Assembly (NCBI RefSeq): GCF_009914755.1
Contig: NC_060929.1
Direction: 5' to 3' (one strand)
DNA: 64,000 nucleotides
Source: the human T2T-CHM13v2.0 reference genome, Homo sapiens
The notes below the pieces were generated by a model. It was not told the origin of the DNA. It did no database searches and saw only the letters and a list, made by a program, of their open reading frames with translations. Shown piece by piece: positions 1 to 21,450 of this stretch; positions within the stretch are counted from its first letter, which is position 1; each line of letters starts with the position of its first letter. The position numbers and the translations under genes are program-made.

Positions 1-293
1 GGCTTCTATTAGCAGGAAAAGAGGGCTCTGGAGGGTATCAAATAGGTGACTAAGTGCTCCAGCCAAAAAGTAGCATGCACCACTTCCAAACACAACTCTC
101 ACTCACTAGTTGGCCAGAGCTAATCCTATGAACCCACCCTCTCAACTGCAAGGGAGCCAGCAAGCACAATCCTACCATGTAGCTAAAAAGCGGTTTATTG
201 AAATCCGTGCTGAACATGAATGACCACCATCAGAAGATACTATTATTAGCCTCATTTTGCATGTGGTAAGGCACAGGTTAAGAATTTGTCTGA

Positions 294-2020
<1,727 letters not shown>

Positions 2021-2085
2021 ATTCAGGATGGCCATTTTTTCTTCACGACATTGAGAAGAGTTTAGACTAAAGTAGCATTATAGAG

Positions 2086-4380
<2,295 letters not shown>

Positions 4381-4474
4381 TTAGTTTGACTTGCTTGCCT
4401 AGAATGGGTCAAACCATAAATTTCATAATCAGGGTGAGAAGAGAATTGAATTTGTTGACACAAGTATAAATGTT

Positions 4475-6240
<1,766 letters not shown>

Positions 6241-6442
6241 TAAATAGGTCCAAACCCAAAACTAAACCAAAATCAGCAAGATTAATTACAAATTCACTGA
6301 AATCATTTTTGAAGTAATAAACTTTGCAGGTTTGTCCCGAAAACCTGCAAAGGTGCTTTAGGAAATCTGAAAACACAAGGTGTCAGAATATTTTATTCAA
6401 ACTGTCAAAATGAGACAACTAAAAAAGCTGCTATATGACGTG

Positions 6443-7008
6443 CAATTGTCTCTCTATCCATGGAAGATTGGTTCCAGGAACTTCTGCAGATACCAAAATT
6501 CATGAATGCTCAAGTCCATTATATAAAGTGCGTAGTATTTGTATATAACCTACACATCCTCCTATATGGTTTTTTTCCCCTTCTGAGTCTGCTTGCTAGG
6601 GAACTCCTATATACTTTAAATTATCCTTATTTTTAATACCTAATACATTGCAAATAGCTGTTATACTGTATTTTTTACTTGCATTATTTTTTAAACTTTT
6701 ATTTTAGGTTCCAGGGTGCATGTGCAGGTTATACAGATTAACTCATGTTACAGGAGTTTATTGTACAGATTATTTCATCACCCAGGTACTAGGCCTAGTA
6801 CCCAATAGATATTTTTCTGATCCTCTCCCTCCTCCCAGCTTCCACCCTCAAGTAGGCCCCAGTTTCTGTCATTCTCCTTTGTGTCCAGGTGTTCTCATCA
6901 AGCTTCCATATATTATTTTTATTGTTGTATTATTTTTTGTTTCAAATGTTTTCAATTCACAGTTGGCTGAATCTGTAGATGTGTAACTCACAGATATGGA
7001 GGGCCAAG
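6443..7008. mobile_element. MER2 (Tigger) DNA transposon interrupted by an old L1PA 3' fragment (~6690-6900, minus)
   Basis: MER2 terminal motifs ATCCATGG...GATTGGTTCCAGGA and GATATGGAGGGCC; inner segment resembles an L1PA15/16 3' end. Confidence 0.7.
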
Positions 7009-7038
7009 TTACTTTTTTCAAGTTCAGCTGCTTGAATT

Positions 7039-9030
<1,992 letters not shown>

Positions 9031-9259
9031 CAAAACCAAAAAGCCAACAACATTCATTTCTGATGCAGGATAACATGGTCTCAGGGGGGCAAGTTTTCAC
9101 ATCTTAATAAATGCAAGCCCTGAATTTCATCAATGCCTTCTCTGTGCCAGGTACTGGGGATCTAGAGGTGAACAAGACTTTACAAAGTTCTTGCTCTCAC
9201 AGAACTAACCACAACCTTGCATTTAATCACAGTGAAAATGTGGGAATATGTAAGTTAAA

Positions 9260-9301
9260 TAATAAAAAGGCACACATAGTAAACAACTTAGATAATTTAT
9301 T
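9260..9301 (-). terminator. Distal polyadenylation signal of PANK3
   Basis: AATAAA (9296-9301, minus strand) followed ~20 nt later by GU/U-rich CTATGTGTGCCTTTTT; repeat-dense DNA starts just beyond. Confidence 0.7.
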
Positions 9302-10556
9302 TAGAAAGTAGAAAATAAAAAGTATGATTCTAACATCTATTTAGAATATGAACAAAATTAGAAATGGTTAAACTACAGAAAAAAAGGCAGAGAAACTGAA
9401 GTTGGCTTAATGGTTATCCAATACAAACAAGCAAAACCCAAGTTACCTTCATGCAAATAAGCATTAAGGAAAAGAATACGGGAATGTTTACAGAATGCGC
9501 CATGGCAAACATTTTTCAAATTTACATAAGATACTGTACATAAATGAAAAAATAAATTAGGTAATTTACAAGAAATGTTTTACAGATTACAATAGGCTAT
9601 AACTTAGTTTATTATGAATAAAATTTATGGCACATCATACATTTTTACATCACAGATTCAGTGTTAAAAGAATTCAGACATGATAAAGCTTAGACTTGAC
9701 AAGAATGATGTAATAGAATGAGGCAACTGAAACTGAAATGGCATGTGTAAGTAAAATTAATCCCCAAATTAAAGGATTCCTTAGATTGGGACATAATAAC
9801 ATCTTCTGAGTACACTTTGGTCAATAACTGGTCATTAAGATAAACGCCATTCAATTTTAGTTAAAAAATCAGTTTTTTGCTGTAGTTTAAATAAAAAGTA
9901 AAAGCACACAGTGTATAAAAAATAATAAAAACCATCTTAATATTGCTTACATCCTAATACTATTAGTTATATTCGGGGCAAGCAGACTAGGATATTGGTG
10001 TTACTTCTATAAAGTTACCTTCTGTTTCTAAATGCTGTAAACTAAACTAAAACAGGTTACCCAGAAAAAAGTGGCAAATTCCAAAATGGCTTAATACCTG
10101 TGACAACTATTGACTGAGCCAGGTACAACATCGATGAAATTCAGACATACAATGTAAAGTTGAAATAATCCCAAATTATTTTACATTATTTATGTATACT
10201 TTACAAATAACACAAATATGGAAATGTTTTCTTGGAAAGCTGTTGGAACTGTAAGCACTGCAACGTATGAAAGAAACATATTTAGCAATAAAAAATTTAA
10301 TAATATCCTACAACTGAATTAGTTGCATATTTATACCATTCAAAATCTTGATTTTAACCTCATTCACTCCTTTGAAAAATACATTCCTCTTTTGTTCTTT
10401 TAAATGCAAAATTAGTGGCAGTTGCAGCAAAAACGCCGAAATTCTATAAGAAAAAAACTGATTTACCCCAAACATATCATTCAGCACAAACTGCGGTACC
10501 TGAAATCCCAGTATCAGCTCATAGTACATTCATTCGTTCATTCATTCATTCATTCA

Positions 10557-10725
10557 TTTTTGAGACAGAGTCTTACTCTGTTGCCCAGGCTGGAATACAG
10601 TGGCATGATCTGCCCTCTGCCTCCCGGTTCAAGTGATTCTCCTGCCTCGGTCTCCCGAGTAGCTGGGACTATAGGTGTGTGCCAACAAGCCTGGCTATTT
10701 TTTGTATTTTTAGTAGAGACATGGT
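10557..10725 (-). mobile_element. Partial Alu with (TTCA)n tail in the PANK3 3' UTR
   Basis: Right monomer and linker only; tail at 10528-10556. Confidence 0.88.
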
Positions 10726-10817
10726 TCTTCCCACATCTATCCCCACTCACAATGATCAGAAATAAGAAACAGCTTTTTAAAAAGGGCCACTAAAAAATCC
10801 CAAATATATGTAACACA

Positions 10818-11184
10818 AACAGTCCGACTTAACAATGGTTTGACTTATGGTTTTTCAACTTTATAATGGGGCAAAAGCAATACACATTCAGTTAAAAACT
10901 GTACTTCAAATTTTGTACTCTGATATTATCCTGGGATAACGATATGTGGTACAATACTCTTATTTGAGATATTAAACACTTCATTATAAAATAGGTTTTG
11001 TATTAGATGATTTTGCCCAGCTAAAGGCCAACGTTAAGTGTTCAGAACACATTTAAGATAGGCTAGGCTAAGCTGGGATGTTCAGTAGGTTAGGCGTATT
11101 AAATGTATTTTCAACTTACGGTATTTTCAATTTACAATGGGTCTACTGGAACATAACCCTATTGTAAGTCAAGGAACATCTGTA
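10818..11184. mobile_element. MER47/Tigger5-type DNA transposon in the 3' UTR
   Basis: Inverted ends CCGACTTAACAATGG...TTGTAAGTCAAGGAACATCTGTA and internal GGCTAGGCTAAGCT...GTAGGTTAGG motif. Confidence 0.7.
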
Positions 11185-12949
11185 TTCTAACATTTATGAA
11201 TAATTTTTTGTACAATGAAAAAGTCATAATGCCCATATAATTCTGAAGTTAACACAGTAAAAATTCCAGATAACCTTTACAGATTTAAAAGTACAAACAT
11301 TTTAATATACATATAAAACCTTTCATATTACTTTAAGGTATATCTACCTGGCCATTACAGGCAATCACATATTAAGAGAGAATACCATTCTACTGGTTTG
11401 GTGAGAATCCAATACCTAGTACCTATCAAATATATACCAATAAAAATTATGTAATAACTTAAAATTATATAAGCACTAAATATTAACTCCAAAACATGAC
11501 ACCAAATACCTGAAAAAAAATTTACTTTAGTTATCTCAAACACAGCCATGAATGAAGCAATTTTCTCAGGACCCTGAAAACTGACTCATTTCCCATCATA
11601 ACAAACCAACTCCCTCATTTTACAAATAAAAATAATGTTCAAAGAGGCAAGACCAGTGACCAACACTACTTCTAATACAATACCAAATATGACCTCACAT
11701 TCACTGAATATGCAGGAATAATGCAAATAAGTAGTGACTGCTTTGAGAAAACATTTGAATTTTTTGGAAGTGGAAATTAATTATTCAAAATTTAGATATG
11801 TCAGAAAAGCTGGGATGATTGATTTTCACACCACCATTATCGTGAATGGGCTATCCAAATACTCTTAACAGAAGGAATTCCTTTTTTAGGTCTTTAGTGA
11901 TTATTACTAGGCTCAGTAGAAACCAGAAGACAATTATTCTCTTAAATATTGAAAAGAGGCAGTAATATAGATAAAACACACTATTTTCTGAGATTATCTG
12001 ATGATAGAAACAAAGTTGGCTGAATTCCTTAGGTATTAGAATAAACATAAACTTGATCATGGATACCTCATGGCAGATCACTTTAAGTGAGGTCAGAGAG
12101 TATTATCACAAAAAGATAATATATTTCTAATGTTTTGTTCACACCCACCACAAAACAGTTAAGTTAAATTCAAAATAATGTACACTCATTTTCATTATCC
12201 TCTATCAGTTTTCACATGGCTTTAAACAGTGAATTTCTAAACTACATTCTCAAATGCAATAGACTAAAATGCATAAAGTGCTCAACAGAAAAAGATACAA
12301 TATGAAAAAACTTTGCTTATAATATACAGAGTGGTTATAAAGAACATATGGAAATTACTATCCAGTTAAGCTTTCCATCCAAGAAAACAACCTTAAAAAT
12401 CAAGGCAAGATGGACTACTCTTTGAAGGCAAGAATACTGCTGGAATAAGAGGAAAACCTTTCCACTTTGTGCTGCATCATTCTGCTTATAGAAACAGTCT
12501 TTAAGGGACTGGTATTTACATTATAGCAATCACATGTACACTCAAAGGTAAAAGAAAAAAAACCTCAGAAATTTTTATAGAGTCTAATATTTGGCAAATA
12601 ATCTGAACCACTTTAAGGGCTTTCAATTACCATGTATATTACTGGCAATAGTACTGACTTTACCCAAACTAAGAGACCACCTAATTTCCAACTTTATTTA
12701 GAGTAGCTGAGCAAGGAACTGCCATGTCAAATTACATGGCAAGTTTACTAATAGTCTTTGGAAAAGATGAGTGTAGAACTTAAAAGGCACTAGTTCTACA
12801 AGTCTCTAATTAAAAGGCAATCTTCTCGCGGGGTCAGGGTGGTGGTGATGGGAAATTCTATACCTTGTGTTGTTTGCCTAGCCTCACAGCAAACTGACAG
12901 TGGTTGCATTTGAAAAAGTTACCAGATTTTTTAAGAATGAAAATTAAGC

Positions 12950-14620
12950 CCAAAAGTTACAAAGATTTTTCTGTGTACAGAGGTCTACAATGCATTAAAG
13001 TTTCTTTTTAATCCTTAGAAATTGGCTGCTCAAAGTCCAATTTTAGAAATGAAGTCAATGGAATCATGAGATCTGCTTCAGTGAAGTACGTATGTATTTT
13101 GGGTTGTTGGGAACTATGCCCAGTTGACTCATACTCTCTCAAATGTGGTCTACTGGAAAGATTCAGGTCCCCTAAGAGAACTTGGCATAGTACCATGGTC
13201 AGATGGTAACAGAAATACATAAGCATGCCATGACCCTAAAGCAACAACACACTTAAACTAGATAATAATTGTTCAGGAAGAGCAATCCAACTAGAAAGTT
13301 GGAGGTCCAGTTGGAGCAACCAGCCACTGCTATTGCAAACTGAAGAGTGTGGCCACAGTATTCCAGGGAACGGAGTCTGGTCCAACTTCAGAGAAGGCCA
13401 CAAAGACCAAGATAGCCCCACTACAGACAAAGCTCATCCCACCATACTCATCCTTTAATAACAAAGAAACAATCATGAGGACAGAACAAAACGCCATGCC
13501 TCAAGACCTATCATATGTAAAGTCCTTCCTGCCCTTTCAACCACAAACAGAGAGACTACAGTCAAGAAGATAATATTAACCACTCCTGCACTAATCTATA
13601 GATTGGCTTCTCAACACCTGCATCCTTGAAGATTCTCATTGAGTAATAGAAGACAACATTGATTCCAGAGAGCTACTGAGAGAGCTGGAGCATGATGGAA
13701 ATGACAGTGGGTTGTTGGTAGCTGGGTACTCTAAAGAGCGCCAGTGTAGTGACTTGCTTTTCTTGTATCATCCTAGCACTCTTATCTCCTAGATGTCCTG
13801 GGACACATCCTGAGTCCCCTACAATTGCTGAAGGATCTCATTAGTACTCTTCCTTTCTGTTAATGAGCAAAAACTTACGACTTCCAGGGCAAAATGGAAG
13901 GGCTACACTTTATAGGACAGCTGGAAGGATGGTAAAGCCCAGTATCACTGGGCATAGCTCTTCAGACCCCAAGATGAACTCCAGACCAAAGATCTGGATC
14001 TCCAGAATACCAACGACGTCCAGCTGGTTGAGAGCACTAAAGGTACCCCAAAGGGGAGTAGGCGAGATCTCTCCAATGTACATGGGCACAAAACTTGTGC
14101 AGAGTCCGCATTACAAGCCAGTAATCTAGTGGCCCAGGATCAGCATTTCAACCAACTCAGCTTGTCTGCAGAATCCCATAAGGCAACCAGTAATAGCCAA
14201 CAAATTATGATAAGCATTGAACTGCACCTGCCAAAGTGGTTGACAAAGAGTGCAACAGAAAGGAGCCAATCATATCACCATTGGGGAAGATGGCCACAGA
14301 CGAGGGCCAGGGGGACATGAGCAAAACCTCAGAGGGAGAGTCTTCTGACCTCTCTTTCAAAGTGTAACTGAGAAAGTCCTGTATGACTGTCTCAGGAGCA
14401 CTGATGACTCCAATGTTGTAGCCAAACTGAAAAGAAGAGGTGGGGTGACCTGGGTCCCCATGGCCCTTATCTAATTCTTTTCAAATATTCAAGAAGAGCT
14501 AGGAGTGGGATTCCAGAGACACTTCTTCCAGCCAACAAAACCTTCAAAGTGTCCTTGGCAGCAAGTTTTCAGGTCCTCAGTAATGCTATAAAACTCACTC
14601 ATCATTACAGCATCTCTGCA
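12950..14620 (-). pseudogene. SLC2A3P1: Processed GLUT3 (SLC2A3) pseudogene embedded in the PANK3 3' UTR
   Basis: Minus strand from ATG at 14461 reads [71 protein letters not shown] and AVAGCSNWTSNFLVGLLF; intronless; in-frame stops at 14126-14128 and 14111-14113 plus deletions; GLUT3-like 5' UTR to ~14620. Homology is clear to ~13275; the 3' boundary is approximate. Confidence 0.92.
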
Positions 14621-15912
14621 TTCTTGCTTTACCACATTTATCTCAGGCCCAAACTTAGTTATTTCTTTGTATTACATCTGAACCATCAAAGCTAAATATT
14701 TTATTCTATTATGAACAACGGCAACAAAACCACGTTTATCCCAAATAAATGTTACAGGAATCTAATAGATGAGCTATTTTGAAACTTTGTGGGAGTCTGA
14801 GGCAATACTGCAGAATTACTAAAAGGATCAGTGTTTAGTAAACAAAAGCATAATAGTTCCAAAATTTGTAAAGCCTTTTACCTGGGAATTTATTCTCTCT
14901 TTTGTATTTTTGATAGTGATTACAAAGTTTTTCAGATTTTTATGTTGGCAAGTTAACACTGGAGGTCCAATAGTTTAGTGAAGTTGTTTTGAGACTCTTG
15001 CTAATGGTTTAGGAAGTAGAAATGCTTGGGGATAAAATTGACTTCTATACATTACCAGTAAATCTAGATGTACTTTAAAGAGCTTAAAAAATTGTTTACA
15101 TTACACAAGGTAAGTATCACTATGGGTTTTTTTGTTTACAGACCGCAGGTTTACTTAATAGTTTTCAGTAGACTATCAAGAGATGCATGATAAAGACATT
15201 TCCCCATGTAGTTTTCAAATTTTATACTCAAGTCCTTATATTCGATTACAGGCATGAGCCACTGCACCCAGCCTCAATTGTTTAAAATTCAGTTTTCTTT
15301 ACCTGAAGATATGAATGTATGAATTATTAGAGTGGTTATTTAGGAGGAAAAGCGTGTAAAGTTAAGTTTTTAGAATTTAGACTGTTTGAAACTCTGAATT
15401 CATGTCAGTCAGTAGCCATTTTAAAACCCTACAATGACTTCATGTTCCTTGCTTTAATATTTCCATTGTAGTGACTAAATATTGGAGCCAAAATTCCATT
15501 AGTTCAATTTATTTTAAAAGTTTCTGATTTGTATATCTGTACAGATAAGAATCTTAATTGAATGACAGTAACTACAAGTTTTATACCTGTGGCAAATACT
15601 GTATTAGCATCTATAGATTTAGGGCAATCTTTAAGAAAAAATGGAATGGTCAGAGTCTAAGTTATTTCATCACTGTACTTTGGTTAATGTGAACTATGAT
15701 TCATATATTTTATCCTTTCAAACTGAAATTACCTGCTAGAGTGAGCAACCATCTCACCACTGTGGCTCTTTAGCTTTTCCCATATGTAATCTAGAGGTAC
15801 TGGAATAATAAGAACACAAAATCATAATGAAGGCTGCCAAAGATTATAATTTTTTATTAAGATCTCGAGTAACTCCCTGTAAGCTCACTGTGGTAAATAG
15901 ATTTGGTTCTAA

Positions 15913-16522
<610 letters not shown>

Positions 16523-18352
16523 TAGAACTCTCTCTTACAAATGAACACTATCACTGTCGTTGAAAACTTTCTTGAGATAGTTTATTTTATACAAACAAAC
16601 TGTATTTCTTATTATTCCTGAAATATCTCATATTGGCATCCTGCCATTTCATTGTAGTGCCTATCATTTTTCCATTGATACTGATAAAGTTGCCTAAGAC
16701 ACAACTTCCTACATAGAGGAAATAAGAGGAACAAACCCCTTTTGGACAGAATCTATTAAAACTCATTCCACTATCCCTATGTACATAAATAACATTGCCT
16801 CTGCTGAGTGGAATTTGCATTCGTTACTTCAAAATTCAGACTCATCTACCTTTCCAAGTTAGACAGTTGGGGAAAGAACTTCCTAAATCTTAAGGTTGAA
16901 GGCAGAGGGCTCAACCCCACTCCAGATTCAGGCAAGGGGAATAGGAAAGAAAGTGCGAGATAAGAGCATGGTGGCCTCTTGGGGTCCCTTGATGGGGGCT
17001 GTTGGGAAGTGGAAGGCATTCTTTTAAGGGGATAAGAAGCAAATGGAAGACTTGCTCCAACTCTAGAGTTTTCAGAGAGTTAGAGGAGGTGGAGAGATTT
17101 ACTCCTGCCATGGATCATATGCACTTCTACCATCAACTCCTGGTTTTGCAGTATTTTTATAAATGGAGTTTGGACCTTGGTGACACTCAGCCTCTCTTCC
17201 CCTTTTCCTATGTTGCTCAATCTTCCTTTCCCTCCTAGGTTCTTACACATTTCAAACCCTTGCCAATAACAGTATTTTAGTTATCAGGTCTCACCATTCC
17301 CTCTGGTTGTTGAGCCTTTGGATAAAAATCCACATGGCTATGGAGTGGGTTTTGTTGGAAAAAGTGACCGTCCTCTAACTGCACCTCTATTTCTGGCTCC
17401 TCAAACAGCAAAGGGTAATAATAAGGCATGGTAGAGGTTTTCCCATTTTTCAGTGACTAGACTGTGAATATTTACAGATGAATTTTCTATTATTAATGTT
17501 ATTGTGGTTGTTTTAAAATAAAAGTTCTGAATGTATATATGACCAAAACAAACAAACAAAAAGAGCACAGTGAACTCAAATCATATTCCATTACAATAGT
17601 CCCAGGACTTCATTAGACAGACTCCCAGTAATTAAGCCTCCAATCTTAAAATGTTAAACATTTCAACATGTATTGACTAATTCCTGTAAAATACAGAAAG
17701 TGCAACATCACCAAACGTGCATTTCCCAGGATTCATTTTAGAATTCTCATGAAAATTTAATAATAGTATTTCAGTTAATTATGGCATTTGAGAAAAAGAT
17801 ACTAATGGGGAAAGATCACATACATGCTTTGGGTGATACGTTAAAAAAACCTACAATAATTAGTAGTATTGCCTTAACATTTCTAAAATCACATAAAAAT
17901 GATCATCTTTGATTGCCATTTCAGTAATTTTGAATACAGGGTATGTTATTTTCTGCTCACTAGTAATCAAAACACATAAAACAGACTTGTAACAAATATT
18001 CAGAGTCGATTATTTTCATAAGCTAAACAGTTCCGATACTTTAAGATTTGTGTTTGAGCATACAGTACTGCAATGTTGGCTACATAAAATAAAAAAATCT
18101 TTTTAAGAGGAAGCTCAATAATCAGAGGCTGTATTGCATTTAAGGATTTAACACTGGCTATATACAAAAGGGAAAGCATTTCAATGAGAAATACTTCACG
18201 TTACCAAGTTCTCTCCTTTAATATGGCAACATTCAGCAGCTTATGCTACTCTTTTATCCTTTGGTTCCCAGTGACAAACAATGCAGTAATAATGCCTCTG
18301 GTTTTAGTTCCTCTTGGATGACATTTATTAGCAGAGAGAGAGACCTGATGCT

Positions 18353-18403
18353 TTAGCTGAAATTTGGCAGCCCAAGAAGTGCACCAACTGCTCCAAAGTA
18401 ACC
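18353..18403 (-). CDS. PANK3: PANK3 exon 7 coding part (GYFGAVGALLGLPNFS*)
   Basis: Acceptor ACAG|GGT TAC TTT GGA...AGC TAA completes the HEGYFGAVGA motif; exon sum 28+353+254+177+124+126+51=1113 nt = 370 aa + stop. Confidence 0.97.
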   Translation of the reverse strand, partial: GYFGAVGALLGLPNFS

Positions 18404-18604
18404 CTGTGTAATTTAAAAATAACTGTTATGTAGTACAGCTTTTAAGTTAGCATATAATATTAACCACTTGAGAACACACAACTATGCACAATCTATTTGT
18501 TTAATAATATTTGGAAACCTACCAATTTCTGCGTTGTTAGCTATTATAAAAAATTTTCTGAATCTGTATTCTTGATGTCTACACACCTTTGAAATATGTA
18601 TTTT

Positions 18605-19775
18605 TATTTATTATTATTATTTTTAGAGACATGGTCTCACTATTTTGCCCAGGCTGGCCTTGAATTCCTGGGCTCACATGGTCCTCCCATCTCAGCCTCT
18701 TGAATAGCTGGGACTATAGGCTCACACTGAAATACGTATTCTAAAAGTGTGGCCTTTAGACACTAAAGCTTCCAGGACTGTAACAGCAATTCTGCACCCT
18801 CTCCCCTTTACTTAATAAAACAAACTAACTTCCTGTGGCTGTGCCTGACACTCTCACTGCATGCCATGTGGAATTGCACAAGGGCACACCATTCTGATTT
18901 GTATTGTGTGAGCAGTGACAATGAGACATGGAAGCTTTTTTTTTTTTTTTTTTTTAGACAGTCTCGCTATCACCCAGGCTGGAGTGGCTGGAGTGCAGTG
19001 GCGCCATCTCGACTCACTGCAGGCTCCGCCCCCTGGGGTTCACACCATTCTCCTGCCTCAGCCTCCCGAGTCGCTGGGATTACAGGCGCCCGCCACCTCG
19101 CCCGGCTAATTTTTTTTTGTATTTTTAGTAGAGACGGGGTTTCACCGTTGTTAGCCAGGATGGTCTTGATCTCCTGACCTCGTGATCCGTCCGCCTTGGC
19201 CTCCCAAAGTGCTGGGATTACAGGCATGAGCCACCGCACCCGGCCAAGACATGGAAGCTTTTAAGAGCAGAATAATTTGAATCTCTGTTACTAATTTGTA
19301 ATGATACAGCCATTTGACTTTGATCACAAAATGATTCAAGTTAAGTTAATCCAAAACATTATGTGGACTGATAATTGCTCAGATCAGAATTTAACTGCAT
19401 GTAGTAAATGAATACAAAAAAATCTGGGGGTGCCTAACAGGTTATTGTAATTCTCTTCCCCACAACTGAAACTGAAGCGAAGGAACCAATATTCTACTAC
19501 TTAAGGCTGGGCATGGTGGCTCACACCTATAAAGGATTGCTTGAGGCCAGGAGTTCCAGACTAGCCTGGGCAACAAAGAGTGATCCTGTCTCCACAAAAA
19601 ATATTAATAAAAATAAATTTTCTGGGCACAGTGGTGCATACCTGTGGTCCCAGCTACTTGGGAGGCTGAGGTGGGAGGATTGATGAGCCCAGGAGGAAGA
19701 GGCTGCAGTAAGCCATCATTGTGCCACTAAACTCAAGCCTGAGTGACAGAGCAAGACCCTGTCTCTTAAAAAACA
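18605..19775. mobile_element. Intron 6 Alus: partial 18605-18725 (-), AluY 18936-19244 (-), AluJ 19505-19775 (+)
   Basis: Alu consensus; AluY TSD AGACATGGAAGCTTT. Confidence 0.88.
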
Positions 19776-19813
19776 TGCTATTAAAATTCACAAAAAACAT
19801 TTTCCTACCATAC

Positions 19814-19939
19814 CTCATGTTCTAGAAACAATGCTTTTAGTTGACCTTTTGACCAGTAATCCAGTGCATATGCCAAAAGTTTCATTGAGAGGGTATTGAC
19901 ACGTAAAAAGTTTCCAACAAAGACAACTCTGTTTATTTT
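19814..19939 (-). CDS. PANK3: PANK3 exon 6 ([42 protein letters not shown])
   Basis: Manual translation of the minus strand; acceptor TTTTAG|, donor GAG|GTATGG; 126 nt. Confidence 0.97.
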
Positions 19940-20134
19940 CTAAAAGAAAAGAACAAAGAAAAAACTTGTAAAAATAATAGATTTTACAATATAAAAGGTT
20001 TCTAAATATTTATTTAAAATTTATTTTAAAATGCAAAAAAACACAACTACCCTTTATTAGTATAACACCTACTACATTCCTGGCATATAGCTGTATAATC
20101 CTGAATATTTAAAAATTAGTTCTGCACACATCAT

Positions 20135-21450
20135 CCAAAATCCACAAAATGTGTAACACCAAGAGAGAACCCTAAATTATGGACTTTGGGTGATGATGAT
20201 GTGTGCACAGGGTTATGGACTGTAACACATGATCACTCTACTATGGGATGCTGAGGATGGAAGTGGGCTGTGTGTGTATGGAAGGTGGTATATGGGAACT
20301 CACTGAGCTTTCCACTTAATTTTACGTGAACCTGAAACTGATCTAAAAAATAAAGTCTACTTTTAAAAAAAGGTTCCAGAAAGACTCTAGCAGATGATTT
20401 CAGGTGAGATTTGTTTTTGAAAATGGCCAATAAATAGCCCCCTTACAAAGTCATTTGGAGACACATTACTGATGTGATTAAAAAAAAAAATCAAAACATG
20501 GTAAGTACTATAAAATGCATTTAGTTGATAAGTAGCAAACTTGGCCCACACATTGCAATGCATGTTGAACAATGACATGCAACTGTGGATTCTACAGAAT
20601 TGGAGAGTAATACTGACTGGGGTACTGGCATGTGCATTCCCCTAGGATTCTAGCATTCTTTCTCCGTCCCCTGCCTGATTCATCAAATCATTCTCTCTCT
20701 GCAAAGATTCCACACTAATTTGGTTTCTTAGATTATCTCTATGATTAGGAAATCTTACAAAGGGGAACTGGTGTTTGAATCACCAGAAAACTTATTTCGA
20801 CTCTCACACTATACTGACTTTTGAGTAGAAATCTTTGTACATAAGTTGGGATACTGTAAACCATGGCCTAAATTATTGTTAACTCAATTGGTCAGTGGAA
20901 ATTTAGACATAAAGGGCTAAGAATAAAGGTCTCAAATTGTTGTCAGCTCCCAACATGGTCTACTAGTAACTCCATCAACCAACTAACACTTAAGTTTCTA
21001 AGTTATTAAAAAACTGATGAGACCAAGTTCTGGATTTAAATACAGAATAATTCAGAGGATTTGCATATTTGTTCTCTCTGCTGGAAGCTTTCTCCCCAAA
21101 ATGTCTACATGCACAGTTTCCCCCTCACCTCCTTCAAACCTCTGCCTAAGAATCACATTTTCAATAAAGCTTTCCTTTAACCACTCAATTACTTAGCAAT
21201 TTGTCCTCTACCACTCTCTGCCCTATTCCCAATCCTCTTTATCCTGTTTGATGGTCTCTTTTTAAAAAAATAGCACTTATCACCTAATACACACTACACA
21301 ATTTACTTAATATGTCACTAGAATGAATGCAAGCTCCACAAAGCCAGATCTTTGTTTTCTTCATTAATATGTTCCAAATACCCAGAACGATGTCTGGCAT
21401 CTGGTAATCAGTAAATATTTACTCAATGAATAAATGAATGAATGAACAAA
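20135..21450 (+). mobile_element. Old L1M 3' end (~20135-20360) and L2 3' end (~21055-21450) in intron 5
   Basis: AACCCTAAATTATGGACTTTGGGTGATGATGATGTGT motif; L2 tail GTAAATATTTACTCAATGAATAAATGAATG. Confidence 0.6.

Noticed and set aside
13863-14129. Plus-strand ORF containing GEISPMYMG, resembling a sugar-transporter motif
   Set aside because: It is the antisense reading of the GLUT3 pseudogene; the similarity comes from local palindromes GAGATCTC and ATGTACAT
10557-15273. Idea that the partial Alu (10557-10725) and the 30-nt Alu 5' tip (15244-15273) are halves of one Alu split by a 4.5-kb insertion
   Set aside because: There is no shared TSD, ~75 nt of Alu is missing, and the intervening DNA contains older elements (MER47, diverged GLUT3 retrocopy); independent truncations are more likely
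16900-17400. GC-richer patch in the 3' UTR with two short ORFs
   Set aside because: No recognisable protein, repeat or retrocopy signature by eye
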